Below, in pieces: positions 18,148 to 29,444 of a DNA stretch of 29,444 nucleotides (position 1 is its first letter; each line of letters opens with the position of its first letter). The position numbers were made by a program, and so were the translations under genes. Origin of the DNA: a virus (taxonomy: Duplodnaviria > Heunggongvirae > Uroviricota > Caudoviricetes). The DNA lies in IMG/VR virus record IMGVR_UViG_2563366842_000005, one strand, 5' to 3'. The notes below the pieces were generated by a model. It searched no databases and was not told the DNA's origin. It saw only the letters and a program-made list of their open reading frames with translations.

Positions 18148-18177
18148 CGCCAGAATAATCGCTGGCGTTTTTCTTTT
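18148..18177 (+). terminator. Rho-independent terminator after the AraC-family gene
   Basis: CGCCAGaataatcgCTGGCG followed by TTTTTCTTTT, between the regulator gene and the holin. Confidence 0.5.
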
Positions 18178-18252
18178 CTAATGTAACTTCTGTATCTTTC
18201 CCTCTTTCATTCCAAACCGTGTACACCATCCGTTATTCGCGGAGGTGAGGCT

Positions 18253-18468
18253 ATGAAATCCATGGACAAGTTAACAACGGGCATTGCCTACGGCACCTCT
18301 GCAGGCAGTGCTGGCTACTGGTTTTTACAGTGGCTTGATCAGGTCAGTCCGTCACAGTGGGCGGCGATTGGAGTGCTTGGAAGCCTTGTGTTGGGTTTTC
18401 TCACTTATCTGACAAACCTTTATTTCAAGATTAAAGAAGATAAGCGTAAGGCTGCGAGAGGTGAATAA
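18253..18468 (+). CDS. S: Class II holin (phage 21 S-type pinholin; DLP12 EssD-like)
   Basis: 71 aa [31 protein letters not shown]... with dual-start motif (MKSM) and two TM segments; first gene of the lysis cassette. Confidence 0.85.
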   Translation: MKSMDKLTTGIAYGTSAGSAGYWFLQWLDQVSPSQWAAIGVLGSLVLGFLTYLTNLYFKIKEDKRKAARGE

Positions 18469-18965
18469 TGTCGCCATCATTACGCAAGGCTGTAGCAGCT
18501 GCTATTGGTGGTGGGGCTGTTGCCATAGCGTCTGTGCTCATCACTGGTCCGAGTGGTGACGATGGTCTGGAAGGTGTCAGCTACATACCATATAAAGATA
18601 TTGTTGGTGTATGGACTGTATGTCACGGGCATACAGGAAAAGACATCATGCTCGGTAAAACGTATACCAAAGCAGAATGCAAAGCACTCTTGAATAAAGA
18701 CCTTGCCACTGTCGCCAGACAAATTAACCCGTACATCAAAGTCGATATACCGGAAACAACGCGCGGCGCTCTTTACTCATTCGTTTACAACGTGGGTGCT
18801 GGCAATTTCAGAACATCGACGCTTCTTCGCAAAATAAACCAGGGCGATATCAAAGGCGCATGTGATCAGTTACGTCGCTGGACATATGCTGGCGGTAAGC
18901 AATGGAAAGGTCTCATGACTCGTCGTGAGATTGAGCGTGAAATCTGTTTGTGGGGTCAGCAATGA
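18468..18965 (+). CDS. R: SAR endolysin (T4-lysozyme-family muramidase with N-terminal signal-anchor-release domain)
   Basis: 165 aa; Gly/Ala-rich weakly hydrophobic N terminus ([20 protein letters not shown]) followed by lysozyme catalytic region ([22 protein letters not shown]); start overlaps the holin stop. Confidence 0.9.
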   Translation: MSPSLRKAVAAAIGGGAVAIASVLITGPSGDDGLEGVSYIPYKDIVGVWTVCHGHTGKDIMLGKTYTKAECKALLNKDLATVARQINPYIKVDIPETTRGALYSFVYNVGAGNFRTSTLLRKINQGDIKGACDQLRRWTYAGGKQWKGLMTRREIEREICLWGQQ

Positions 18966-19423
18966 ACAGAGTAACCGCGATTATCTCCGCTCTGGTTATC
19001 TGCATCATCGTCTGCCTGTCATGGGCTGTTAATCATTACCGTGATAACGCCATTACCTACAAAGCCCAGCGCGACAAAAATGCCAGAGAACTGAAGCTGG
19101 CGAACGCGGCAATTACTGACATGCAGATGCGTCAGCGTGATGTTGCTGCGCTCGATGCAAAATACACGAAGGAGTTAGCTGATGCGAAAGCTGAAAATGA
19201 TGCTCTGCGTGATGATGTTGCCGCTGGTCGTCGTCGGTTGCACATCAAAGCAGTCTGTCAGTCAGTGCGTGAAGCCACCACCGCCTCCGGCGTGGATAAT
19301 GCAGCCTCCCCCCGACTGGCAGACACCGCTGAACGGGATTATTTCACCCTCAGAGAGAGGCTGATCACGATGCAAAAACAACTGGAAGGAACCCAGAAGT
19401 ATATTAATGAGCAGTGCAGATAG
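18962..19423 (+). CDS. Rz: Rz inner-membrane spanin (i-spanin)
   Basis: 153 aa from ATG 18962 with N-terminal TM and coiled-coil-like body; overlaps the endolysin stop; contains the embedded Rz1 gene. Confidence 0.85.
   Translation: MNRVTAIISALVICIIVCLSWAVNHYRDNAITYKAQRDKNARELKLANAAITDMQMRQRDVAALDAKYTKELADAKAENDALRDDVAAGRRRLHIKAVCQSVREATTASGVDNAASPRLADTAERDYFTLRERLITMQKQLEGTQKYINEQCR
19182..19364 (+). CDS. Rz1: Rz1 outer-membrane lipoprotein spanin (o-spanin), embedded in Rz in the +1 frame
   Basis: 60 aa [24 protein letters not shown]... with lipobox and a proline-rich stretch ([15 protein letters not shown]); AAGGAG SD 7 nt upstream. Confidence 0.8.
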   Translation: MRKLKMMLCVMMLPLVVVGCTSKQSVSQCVKPPPPPAWIMQPPPDWQTPLNGIISPSERG

Positions 19424-19454
19424 AGCTGCCCATATCGATGGGCAACTCATGCAA

Positions 19455-19748
19455 TTATTGTGAGCAATAGACACGCGCTTCCAGCGGAGTATAAATGCCT
19501 AAAGTAATAAAACCGAGCAATCCATTTACGAATGTTTGCTGGGTTTCTGTTTTAACAACATTTTCTGCGCCGCCACAAATTTTGGCTGCATCAACAGTTT
19601 TCTCCTGTCCAATTCCCGAAACGAAGAAGTGATGGGTGATGGTTTCCTTTGGTGTTACTGCTGTCGGTTTGTTTCCAACAGTAAACGTCTGTTGAGCACA
19701 TCCTGTAATAAGCATTGCCAGAGCGGCAGAAAACAACATTTTTTTCAT
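19455..19748 (-). CDS. bor: Bor lipoprotein (serum-resistance, Iss family)
   Basis: 97 aa from ATG 19748 (MKKMLFSAALAMLITGCAQQTFTV...); lipobox ITGC; position and orientation as lambda bor. Confidence 0.85.
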   Translation of the reverse strand: MKKMLFSAALAMLITGCAQQTFTVGNKPTAVTPKETITHHFFVSGIGQEKTVDAAKICGGAENVVKTETQQTFVNGLLGFITLGIYTPLEARVYCSQ

Positions 19749-20107
19749 CTTATTATCCTGCATTGTTAAAAACGGCAGAATCCTATGTGACAACAATTAA
19801 ACGATAGTTAAATGGATTGATGAAAATTAAAACTATATAGGTGGATGCTCAGCCTATTGGAGGAGGGGGGCACTCAGAATCCTGTGGAATGAAATAAACC
19901 GCTCTTTCTGTCCATTACCCTTTTAGCTGCGCTGTATCGTCGCCGTATTCCCGCATTAACCATGACCGTAGCCCGACGGGGAATTCCTTCTGCGTGAGTG
20001 TGCGGGAATAATCAAAAACGATGCACACCGGGTTTTACTGTGCTGACAGACGCAGGGTTACCCTCATAGTCGCTTTTCCGGTGCGATGGTGGAAGAAACC
20101 GGGATGT

Positions 20108-20302
20108 TTATTCATCATCACTTTGGATTGATGTACATGCTCTCTTTTCTGACGTTAGTCTCCGACGGCAGGCTTCAATGACCCAGGCTGAGAAATTCCC
20201 AGACCCTTTTTGCTCAAGAGCGATGTTAATTTGTTCAATCATTTGGTTAGGAAAGCGGATGTTGCGGGTTGTTGTTCTGCGGGTTCTGTTCTTAGTTGAC
20301 AT
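20108..20302 (-). CDS. Small conserved lambda right-end protein (possible ribbon-helix-helix)
   Basis: 64-aa basic protein (MSTKNRTRRTTTRNIRFPNQMIEQINIALEQKGSGNFSAWVIEACRRRL...) in the position of the lambda ORF between bor and cos. Confidence 0.5.
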   Translation of the reverse strand: MSTKNRTRRTTTRNIRFPNQMIEQINIALEQKGSGNFSAWVIEACRRRLTSEKRACTSIQSDDE

Positions 20303-20439
20303 GAGGTTGCCCCGTATTCAGTGTCGCTGATTTGTATTGTCTGAAGTTGTTTTTACGTTAAGTTGATGCAGATCAATTAATACGATACCTGCGTCATAAT
20401 TGATTATTTGACGTGGTTTGATGGCGTAGATGCACGTTG

Positions 20440-20690
20440 TGACATGTAGATGATAATTATTATCATTTTGTGGGTCCTTTCCGGCGATCCGACAGGTTAC
20501 GGGGCGGCGACCTCGCGGGTTTTCGCTATTTATGAAAATTTTCCGGTTTAAGGTGTTTCCGTTCTTCTTCGTCGTAACTTAATGTATTTATTTAAAATAC
20601 CCCCTGAAAAGAAAGGAAACGACAGGTGCTGAAAGCGAGCTTTTTGGCCTCTGTCGTTTCCTTTCTCTGTTTTTGTCCGTGGAATGAGCA
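20440..20690. other. cos: cos packaging site (cosQ-cosN-cosB); cosN 12-nt cohesive end at 20502-20513
   Basis: Sequence ...GACAGGTTACG|GGGCGGCGACCT|CGCGGGTTTTCGCTATTTATGAAAATTTTCCGGTTTAAGG matches the joined right and left ends of lambda; sits immediately upstream of Nu1. Confidence 0.85.
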
Positions 20691-21210
20691 ATGGAAGTCA
20701 ACAAAAAGCAGCTGGCTGACATTTTCGGTGCGAGTATCCGTACCATTCAGAACTGGCAGGAACAGGGAATGCCCGTTCTGCGAGGCGGTGGCAAGGGTAA
20801 TGAGGTGCTTTATGACTCTGCCGCCGTCATAAAATGGTATGCCGAAAGGGATTCTGAAATTGAGAACGAAAAGCTGCGCCGGGAGGTTGAAGAACTGCGG
20901 CAGGCCAGCGAGGCAGATCTCCAGCCAGGAACTATTGAGTACGAACGCCATCGACTTACGCGTGCGCAGGCCGACGCACAGGAACTGAAGAATGCCAGAG
21001 ACTCCGCTGAAGTGGTGGAAACCGCATTCTGTACTTTCGTGTTGTCGCGGATCGCAGGTGAAATTGCCAGTATTCTCGACGGGCTCCCCCTGTCGGTGCA
21101 GCGGCGTTTTCCGGAACTGGAAAACCGACATGTTGATTTCCTGAAACGGGATATCATCAAAGCCATGAACAAAGCAGCCGCGCTGGATGAACTGATACCG
21201 GGGTTGCTGA

Positions 21211-21236
<26 letters not shown>
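20691..21236 (+). CDS. nu1: Terminase small subunit Nu1
   Basis: 181-aa translation (MEVNKKQLADIFGASIRTIQNWQEQGMPVLRGGGKGNEVLYDSAAVIKWY...) matches lambda Nu1. Confidence 0.95.
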
Positions 21237-24917
<3,681 letters not shown>

Positions 24918-24937
<20 letters not shown>

Positions 24938-26237
24938 TCTCCCGCATATTGCCAGTATGGCCTTTAATGAGCCGCTGATGCTTGAACCCGCCTATGCGCG
25001 GGTTTTCTTTTGTGCGCTTGCAGGCCAGCTTGGGATCAGCCGCCTGACGGATGCGGTATCCGGCGACAGCCTGACTGCCGGAGAGGCACCCGCGGCGCTG
25101 GCGTTATCCGTTGATGATGACGGACCACGACAGGCCCGCAGTTATCAGGTCATGAACGGCATCGCCGTGCTGCCGGTGTCCGGCACGCTGGTCAGTCGGA
25201 CGCGAGCGCTGCAGCCGTATTCGGGGATGACCGGTTACAACGGCATTATCGCCCGTCTGCAACAGGCTGCCAGCGACCCGATGGTGGACGGCATTCTGCT
25301 CGATATGGATACGCCAGGCGGGATGGTGGCAGGGGCATTTGACTGCGCTGACATCATCGCCCGTGTGCGTGACATAAAGCCGGTATGGGCGCTGGCCAAC
25401 GACATGAACTGCAGTGCAGGTCAGTTGCTTGCCAGTGCCGCCTCCCGGCGTCTGGTCACGCAGACCGCCCGGACAGGCTCCATCGGCGTCATGATGGCTC
25501 ACAGTAATTACGGTGCTGCGCTGGAGAAACAGGGTGTGGAAATCACGCTGATTTACAGCGGCAGCCATAAGGTGGATGGCAACCCCTACAGCCATCTTCC
25601 GGATGACGTCCGGGAGACACTGCAGTCCCGGATGGACGCAACCCGCCGGATGTTTGCACAGAAGGTGTCGGCATATACCGGCCTGTCCGTGCAGGCTGTG
25701 CTGGATACCGAGGCTGCAGTGTACAGCGGTCAGGAGGCCATTGATGCCGGACTGGCTGATGAACTTGTTAACAGTACCGATGCGATCACCGTCATGCGTG
25801 ATGCACTGGATGCACGTAAATCCCGTCTCTCAGGAGGGCGAATGACCAAAGAGACTCAATCAACAACTGTTTCAGCCACTGCTTCGCAGGCTGACGTTAC
25901 TGAGGTGGTGCAAGCGACGGAGGGCGAGAACGCCAGCGCGGCGCAGCCGGACGTGAACGCGCAGATCACCGCAGCGGTTGCGGCAGAAAACAGTCGCATT
26001 ATGGGGATCCTCAACTGTGAGGAGGCTCACGGACGCGAAGAACAGGCACGCGTGCTGGCCGAAACCCCCGGTATGACCGTGGAAACGGCCCGCCGCATTC
26101 TGGCAGCTGCACCACAGAGTGCACAGGCGCGCAGTGACACTGCGCTGGATCGTCTGATGCAGGGGGCACCGGCACCGCTGGCTGCAGGTAACCCGGCATC
26201 TGATGCCGTTAACGATTTGCTGAACACACCAGTGTAA
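24918..26237 (+). CDS. C: Capsid maturation protease / scaffold C (S49 family)
   Basis: 439 aa from GTG 24918 (MTAELRNLPHIASMAFNEPLMLEPAYARVFF...), matches lambda gpC; the track ORF is an upstream extension overlapping B. Confidence 0.9.
25632..26237 (+). CDS. nu3: Scaffolding protein Nu3 (in-frame internal start within C)
   Basis: ATG at 25632 (MDATRRMFAQKVSAY...) in the C frame gives 201 aa sharing the C stop, as for lambda Nu3; coordinate inferred from the lambda arrangement. Confidence 0.7.
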   Translation: MDATRRMFAQKVSAYTGLSVQAVLDTEAAVYSGQEAIDAGLADELVNSTDAITVMRDALDARKSRLSGGRMTKETQSTTVSATASQADVTEVVQATEGENASAAQPDVNAQITAAVAAENSRIMGILNCEEAHGREEQARVLAETPGMTVETARRILAAAPQSAQARSDTALDRLMQGAPAPLAAGNPASDAVNDLLNTPV

Positions 26238-26246
26238 GGGATGTTT

Positions 26247-26579
26247 ATGACGAGCAAAGAAACCTTTACCCATTACCAGCCGCTGGGCAACAGTGACCCG
26301 GCACATACGGCAACCGCGCCCGGCGGATTGAGTGCGAAAGCGCCTGCAATGACCCCGCTGATGCTGGACACCTCCACCCGTAAGCTGGTTGTGTGGGATG
26401 GCACCACCGACGGTGCTGCCGTTGGCATTCTGGCGGTTGCTGCTGACCAGACCAGCACCACGCTGACGTTCTACAAGTCCGGCACGTTCCGTTATGAGGA
26501 TGTGCTCTGGCCGGAGGCTGCCAGCGACGAGACGAAAAAACGGACCGCGTTTGCCGGAACGGCAATCAGCATCGTTTAA
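26247..26579 (+). CDS. D: Capsid decoration protein D
   Basis: 110 aa from ATG 26247 ([38 protein letters not shown]...), matches lambda gpD. Confidence 0.9.
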   Translation: MTSKETFTHYQPLGNSDPAHTATAPGGLSAKAPAMTPLMLDTSTRKLVVWDGTTDGAAVGILAVAADQTSTTLTFYKSGTFRYEDVLWPEAASDETKKRTAFAGTAISIV

Positions 26580-26600
26580 CCTTCCCCTTCATCACTAAAG

Positions 26601-26621
26601 GCCGCCTGTGCGGCTTTTTTT
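26601..26621 (+). terminator. Stable hairpin plus T-run between D and E (terminator-like or mRNA-stabilising)
   Basis: GCCGCctgtGCGGC followed by seven T, located between the D stop and the E start. Confidence 0.45.
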
Positions 26622-26634
26622 ACGGGATTTTTTT

Positions 26635-27660
26635 ATGTCGATGTACACAACCGCCCAGCTGCTGGCGGCAAATGAGAAGAAATTTAAGTTCGATCCGCTG
26701 TTTCTGCGCCTGTTTTTCCGTGAAACCTATCCTTTCACCACGGAGAAAGTCTATCTCTCACAAATTCCGGGACTGGTAAACATGGCGCTGTACGTTTCGC
26801 CGATTGTTTCCGGTGAGGTTATCCGCTCCCGTGGCGGCTCCACCTCTGAATTTACACCGGGATATGTCAAGCCGAAGCATGAGGTGAATCCGCAGATGAC
26901 CCTGCGTCGCCTGCCGGATGAAGATCCACAGAATCTGGCGGACCCGGCTTACCGCCGCCGTCGCATCATTCTGCAGAACATGCGAGACGAAGAGCTGGCC
27001 ATTGCTCAGGTCGAAGAGATGCAGGCCGTTTCTGCCGTGCTTAAGGGCAAATATACCATGACCGGTGAAGCCTTCGATCCGGTTGAAGTGGATATGGGCC
27101 GCAGTGTGGCGAACAACATCACGCAGTCCGGCGGTACGGAGTGGAGCAAGCGTGACAAGTCCACGTATGACCCGACCGACGATATCGAAGCCTACGCGCT
27201 GAACGCCAGCGGTGTGGTGAATATCATCGTGTTTGATCCGAAAGGCTGGGCGCTGTTCCGTTCCTTCAAAGCCGTCAAGGAGAAGCTGGATACCCGTCGC
27301 GGCTCTCATTCCGAGCTGGAGACAGCGGTAAAAGATCTGGGCGAAGCGGTGTCCTATAAGGGGATGTATGGCGATACGGCGATCGTCGTGTATTCCGGAC
27401 AGTACGTGGAAAACGACGTCAAAAAGAACTTCCTGCCGGACAACACGATGGTGCTGGGGAACACTCAGGCACGCGGTCTGCGCACCTATGGCTGCATTCA
27501 GGATGCGGACGCACAGCGCGAAGGTATTAACGCCTCTGCCCGCTACCCGAAAAACTGGGTGACCACCGGCGATCCGGCGCGTGAGTTCACCATGATTCAG
27601 TCAGCACCGCTGATGCTGCTGGCTGACCCTGATGCGTTCGTGTCCGTACAACTGGCGTAA
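26635..27660 (+). CDS. E: Major capsid protein E
   Basis: 341 aa from ATG 26635 (MSMYTTAQLLAANEKKFKFDPLFLRLFFRETYPFTTEKVYL...), matches lambda gpE. Confidence 0.95.
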   Translation: MSMYTTAQLLAANEKKFKFDPLFLRLFFRETYPFTTEKVYLSQIPGLVNMALYVSPIVSGEVIRSRGGSTSEFTPGYVKPKHEVNPQMTLRRLPDEDPQNLADPAYRRRRIILQNMRDEELAIAQVEEMQAVSAVLKGKYTMTGEAFDPVEVDMGRSVANNITQSGGTEWSKRDKSTYDPTDDIEAYALNASGVVNIIVFDPKGWALFRSFKAVKEKLDTRRGSHSELETAVKDLGEAVSYKGMYGDTAIVVYSGQYVENDVKKNFLPDNTMVLGNTQARGLRTYGCIQDADAQREGINASARYPKNWVTTGDPAREFTMIQSAPLMLLADPDAFVSVQLA

Positions 27661-27701
27661 TCATGGCCCTTCGGGGCCATTTTCTCTCTGTGGAGGAGTC
27701 C

Positions 27702-28097
27702 ATGACGAAAGATGAACTGATTGCCCGTCTTCAGGTGCTGGGTGAGCAACTGAACCGTGATGTCAGCCTGACGGGGACGAAAGAAGAACTGGCACTCCGT
27801 GTGGCAGAGCTGGAAGAGGAGCTTGATGACACGGATGACGCTGCTGGTCAGGACACATCTGTCAGCCCGGAAAATGCGCTGACCGGACATGAAAATGAGG
27901 TGGTATCAGCGCAGCCGGATACCGTGACTGATACGGCTGATCTGGTCACGGTTGTGGCACTGGTGACGCTGCATACTGATGCACTTCACGCCACGCGGGA
28001 TGAGGCTGTGGCATTTGTGCTGCCGGGAACGGCGTTCCGTGTCTCTGCCGGTGTGGCAGCTGAAATGACAGAGCGCGGCCTGGCCAGAATGCAATAA
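27702..28097 (+). CDS. FI: DNA packaging / head assembly protein FI
   Basis: 131 aa from ATG 27702 with GGAGG SD (MTKDELIARLQVLGEQLNRDVSLTGTKEELALRVAELEEELDD...), matches lambda gpFI. Confidence 0.85.
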   Translation: MTKDELIARLQVLGEQLNRDVSLTGTKEELALRVAELEEELDDTDDAAGQDTSVSPENALTGHENEVVSAQPDTVTDTADLVTVVALVTLHTDALHATRDEAVAFVLPGTAFRVSAGVAAEMTERGLARMQ

Positions 28098-28108
28098 CGG
28101 GAGGCGCT

Positions 28109-28462
28109 GTGGCTGATTTCGATAACCTGTTCGATGCTGCCATTGCCCGCGCCGATGAAACGATACGCGGGTACATGGGAACGTCAGCCACCATGACATC
28201 CGGTGAGCAGTCCGGCGCAGTAATACGTGGTGTTTTTGATGACCCTGAAAATATCAGCTATGCCGGACAGGGCGTACGCGTTGAAGGCTCCAGCCCGTCC
28301 CTGTTTGTCCGGACTGATGATGTGCGGCAGCTGCGGCGCGGCGACACGCTGACCATCGGTGAGGAAAACTTCTGGATAGACCGGATTTCGCCGGATGATG
28401 GCGGAAGCTGTCATCTCTGGCTTGGGCGGGGCGTACCGCCTGCCGTTAACCGTCGCCGCTGA
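28109..28462 (+). CDS. FII: Head-tail connector protein FII
   Basis: 117 aa from GTG 28109 (ADFDNLFDAAIARADETIRGYMGTSATMTSGEQSG...), matches lambda gpFII. Confidence 0.85.
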   Translation: MADFDNLFDAAIARADETIRGYMGTSATMTSGEQSGAVIRGVFDDPENISYAGQGVRVEGSSPSLFVRTDDVRQLRRGDTLTIGEENFWIDRISPDDGGSCHLWLGRGVPPAVNRRR

Positions 28463-28473
28463 AAGGGGGATGT

Positions 28474-29052
28474 ATGGCCATAAAAGGTCTTGAGCAGGCC
28501 GTTGAAAACCTCAGCCGTATCAGCAGAACGGCGGTGCCCGGTGCCGCCGCAATGGCCATTAACCGCGTTGCTTCATCCGCGATATCGCAGTCGGCGTCAC
28601 AGGTTGCCCGTGAGACAAAGGTACGCCGGAAACTGGTAAAGGAAAGGGCCAGGCTGAAAAGGGCCACGGTCAAAAATCCGCAGGCCAGAATCAGGGTTAA
28701 CCGGGGGGATTTGCCCGTAATAAAGCTGGGTAACGCGCGGATTGTCCTGTCCCGACGCAGGCGTCGTAAAAAGGGGCAGCGTTCAGCCCTGAAAGGTGGC
28801 GGCAGCGTGCTTGTGGTGGGAAACCGTCGTATTCCCGGCGCGTTTATTCAGCAACTGAAAAATGGCCGCTGGCATGTTATGCAGCGTGTGGCCGGGAAAA
28901 ATCGTTACCCCATTGATGTGGTGAAAATTCCGATGGCGGTGCCGCTGACCACGGCGTTTAAACAGAATATTGAGCGGATACGGCGTGAGCGTCTTCCGAA
29001 AGAGCTGGGCTATGCGCTGCAGCATCAACTGAGGATGGTAATAAAGCGATGA
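28474..29052 (+). CDS. Z: Tail assembly / tail terminator-associated protein Z
   Basis: 192 aa (MAIKGLEQAVENLSRISRTAVPGAAAMAINRVASSAISQ...), matches lambda gpZ. Confidence 0.9.
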   Translation: MAIKGLEQAVENLSRISRTAVPGAAAMAINRVASSAISQSASQVARETKVRRKLVKERARLKRATVKNPQARIRVNRGDLPVIKLGNARIVLSRRRRRKKGQRSALKGGGSVLVVGNRRIPGAFIQQLKNGRWHVMQRVAGKNRYPIDVVKIPMAVPLTTAFKQNIERIRRERLPKELGYALQHQLRMVIKR

Positions 29053-29444
29053 AACATACTGAACTCCGTGCAGCCGTACTGGATGCACTGGAGAAGCATG
29101 ACACCGGGGCGACGTTTTTTGATGGTCGCCCCGCTGTTTTTGATGAGGCGGATTTTCCGGCAGTTGCCGTTTATCTCACCGGCGCTGAATACACGGGCGA
29201 AGAGCTGGACAGTGATACCTGGCAGGCGGAGCTGCATATTGAAGTTTTCCTGCCTGCTCAGGTGCCGGATTCAGAGCTGGATTCGTGGATGGAGTCCCGG
29301 ATTTATCCGGTGATGAGCGATATCCCGGCACTGTCAGATTTGATCACCAGTATGGTGGCCAGTGGCTATGACTACCGGCGCGACGATGATGCGGGCCTGT
29401 GGAGTTCAGCCGATCTGACTTATGTCATTACCTATGAAATGTGA
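29049..29444 (+). CDS. U: Tail tube terminator protein U
   Basis: 131 aa (MKHTELRAAVLDALEKHDTGATFFDGRPAVFDEADFPAVAVYLTGAEY...), matches lambda gpU; its stop codon is the last 3 nt of the window. Confidence 0.9.
   Translation: MKHTELRAAVLDALEKHDTGATFFDGRPAVFDEADFPAVAVYLTGAEYTGEELDSDTWQAELHIEVFLPAQVPDSELDSWMESRIYPVMSDIPALSDLITSMVASGYDYRRDDDAGLWSSADLTYVITYEM

Noticed and set aside
15203-18252. Shiga toxin genes at the Q-S junction
   Set aside because: Looked for because this is the stx position in Stx phages, but the ORFs here are a lipocalin, a DUF523/DUF1722-like protein and an AraC regulator; no A or B toxin subunit-like ORFs.

Overview
This window is an internal slice of a mosaic lambdoid (lambda-family) prophage from an E. 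coli-like enterobacterium, laid out in prophage order from the int stop codon (position 1) to tail gene U (last codon of the window). Order: int-xis; small early-left accessory genes; Red recombination exo-bet-gam; kil-cIII-ea10; sieB; a non-lambda N with nutL; a cargo gene in the rexAB slot; a complete IS5 with CTAG target duplication; cI-cro-cII switch with nutR and OOP antisense RNA; O (with ori iterons)-P-ren; a nin region (ninB, Dam-like methyltransferase, ninE, NinX/NinF-like, rusA, ylcG); Q and a tR'-like terminator; a three-gene late-operon moron (Blc-like lipocalin, DUF523/DUF1722-like protein, AraC-family regulator); phage-21-type lysis cassette (pinholin, SAR endolysin, Rz/Rz1); bor; cos; and lambda head genes Nu1-A-W-B-C/Nu3-D-E-FI-FII-Z-U. 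The best candidate for an undescribed system is the AT-rich 299-aa single-pass membrane protein gene (6914..7813, minus) in the cI-to-pL slot where lambda carries rexAB, with its own terminator and IS5 inserted just upstream. The late-operon moron is the second candidate. All product names come from reading the translations and from recalled knowledge of lambda, P22, phage 21 and DLP12 proteins; no database search was run. The ORF track counts GTG/TTG as starts, so several starts were re-set to an internal ATG with a Shine-Dalgarno motif. attL and attR lie outside the window.
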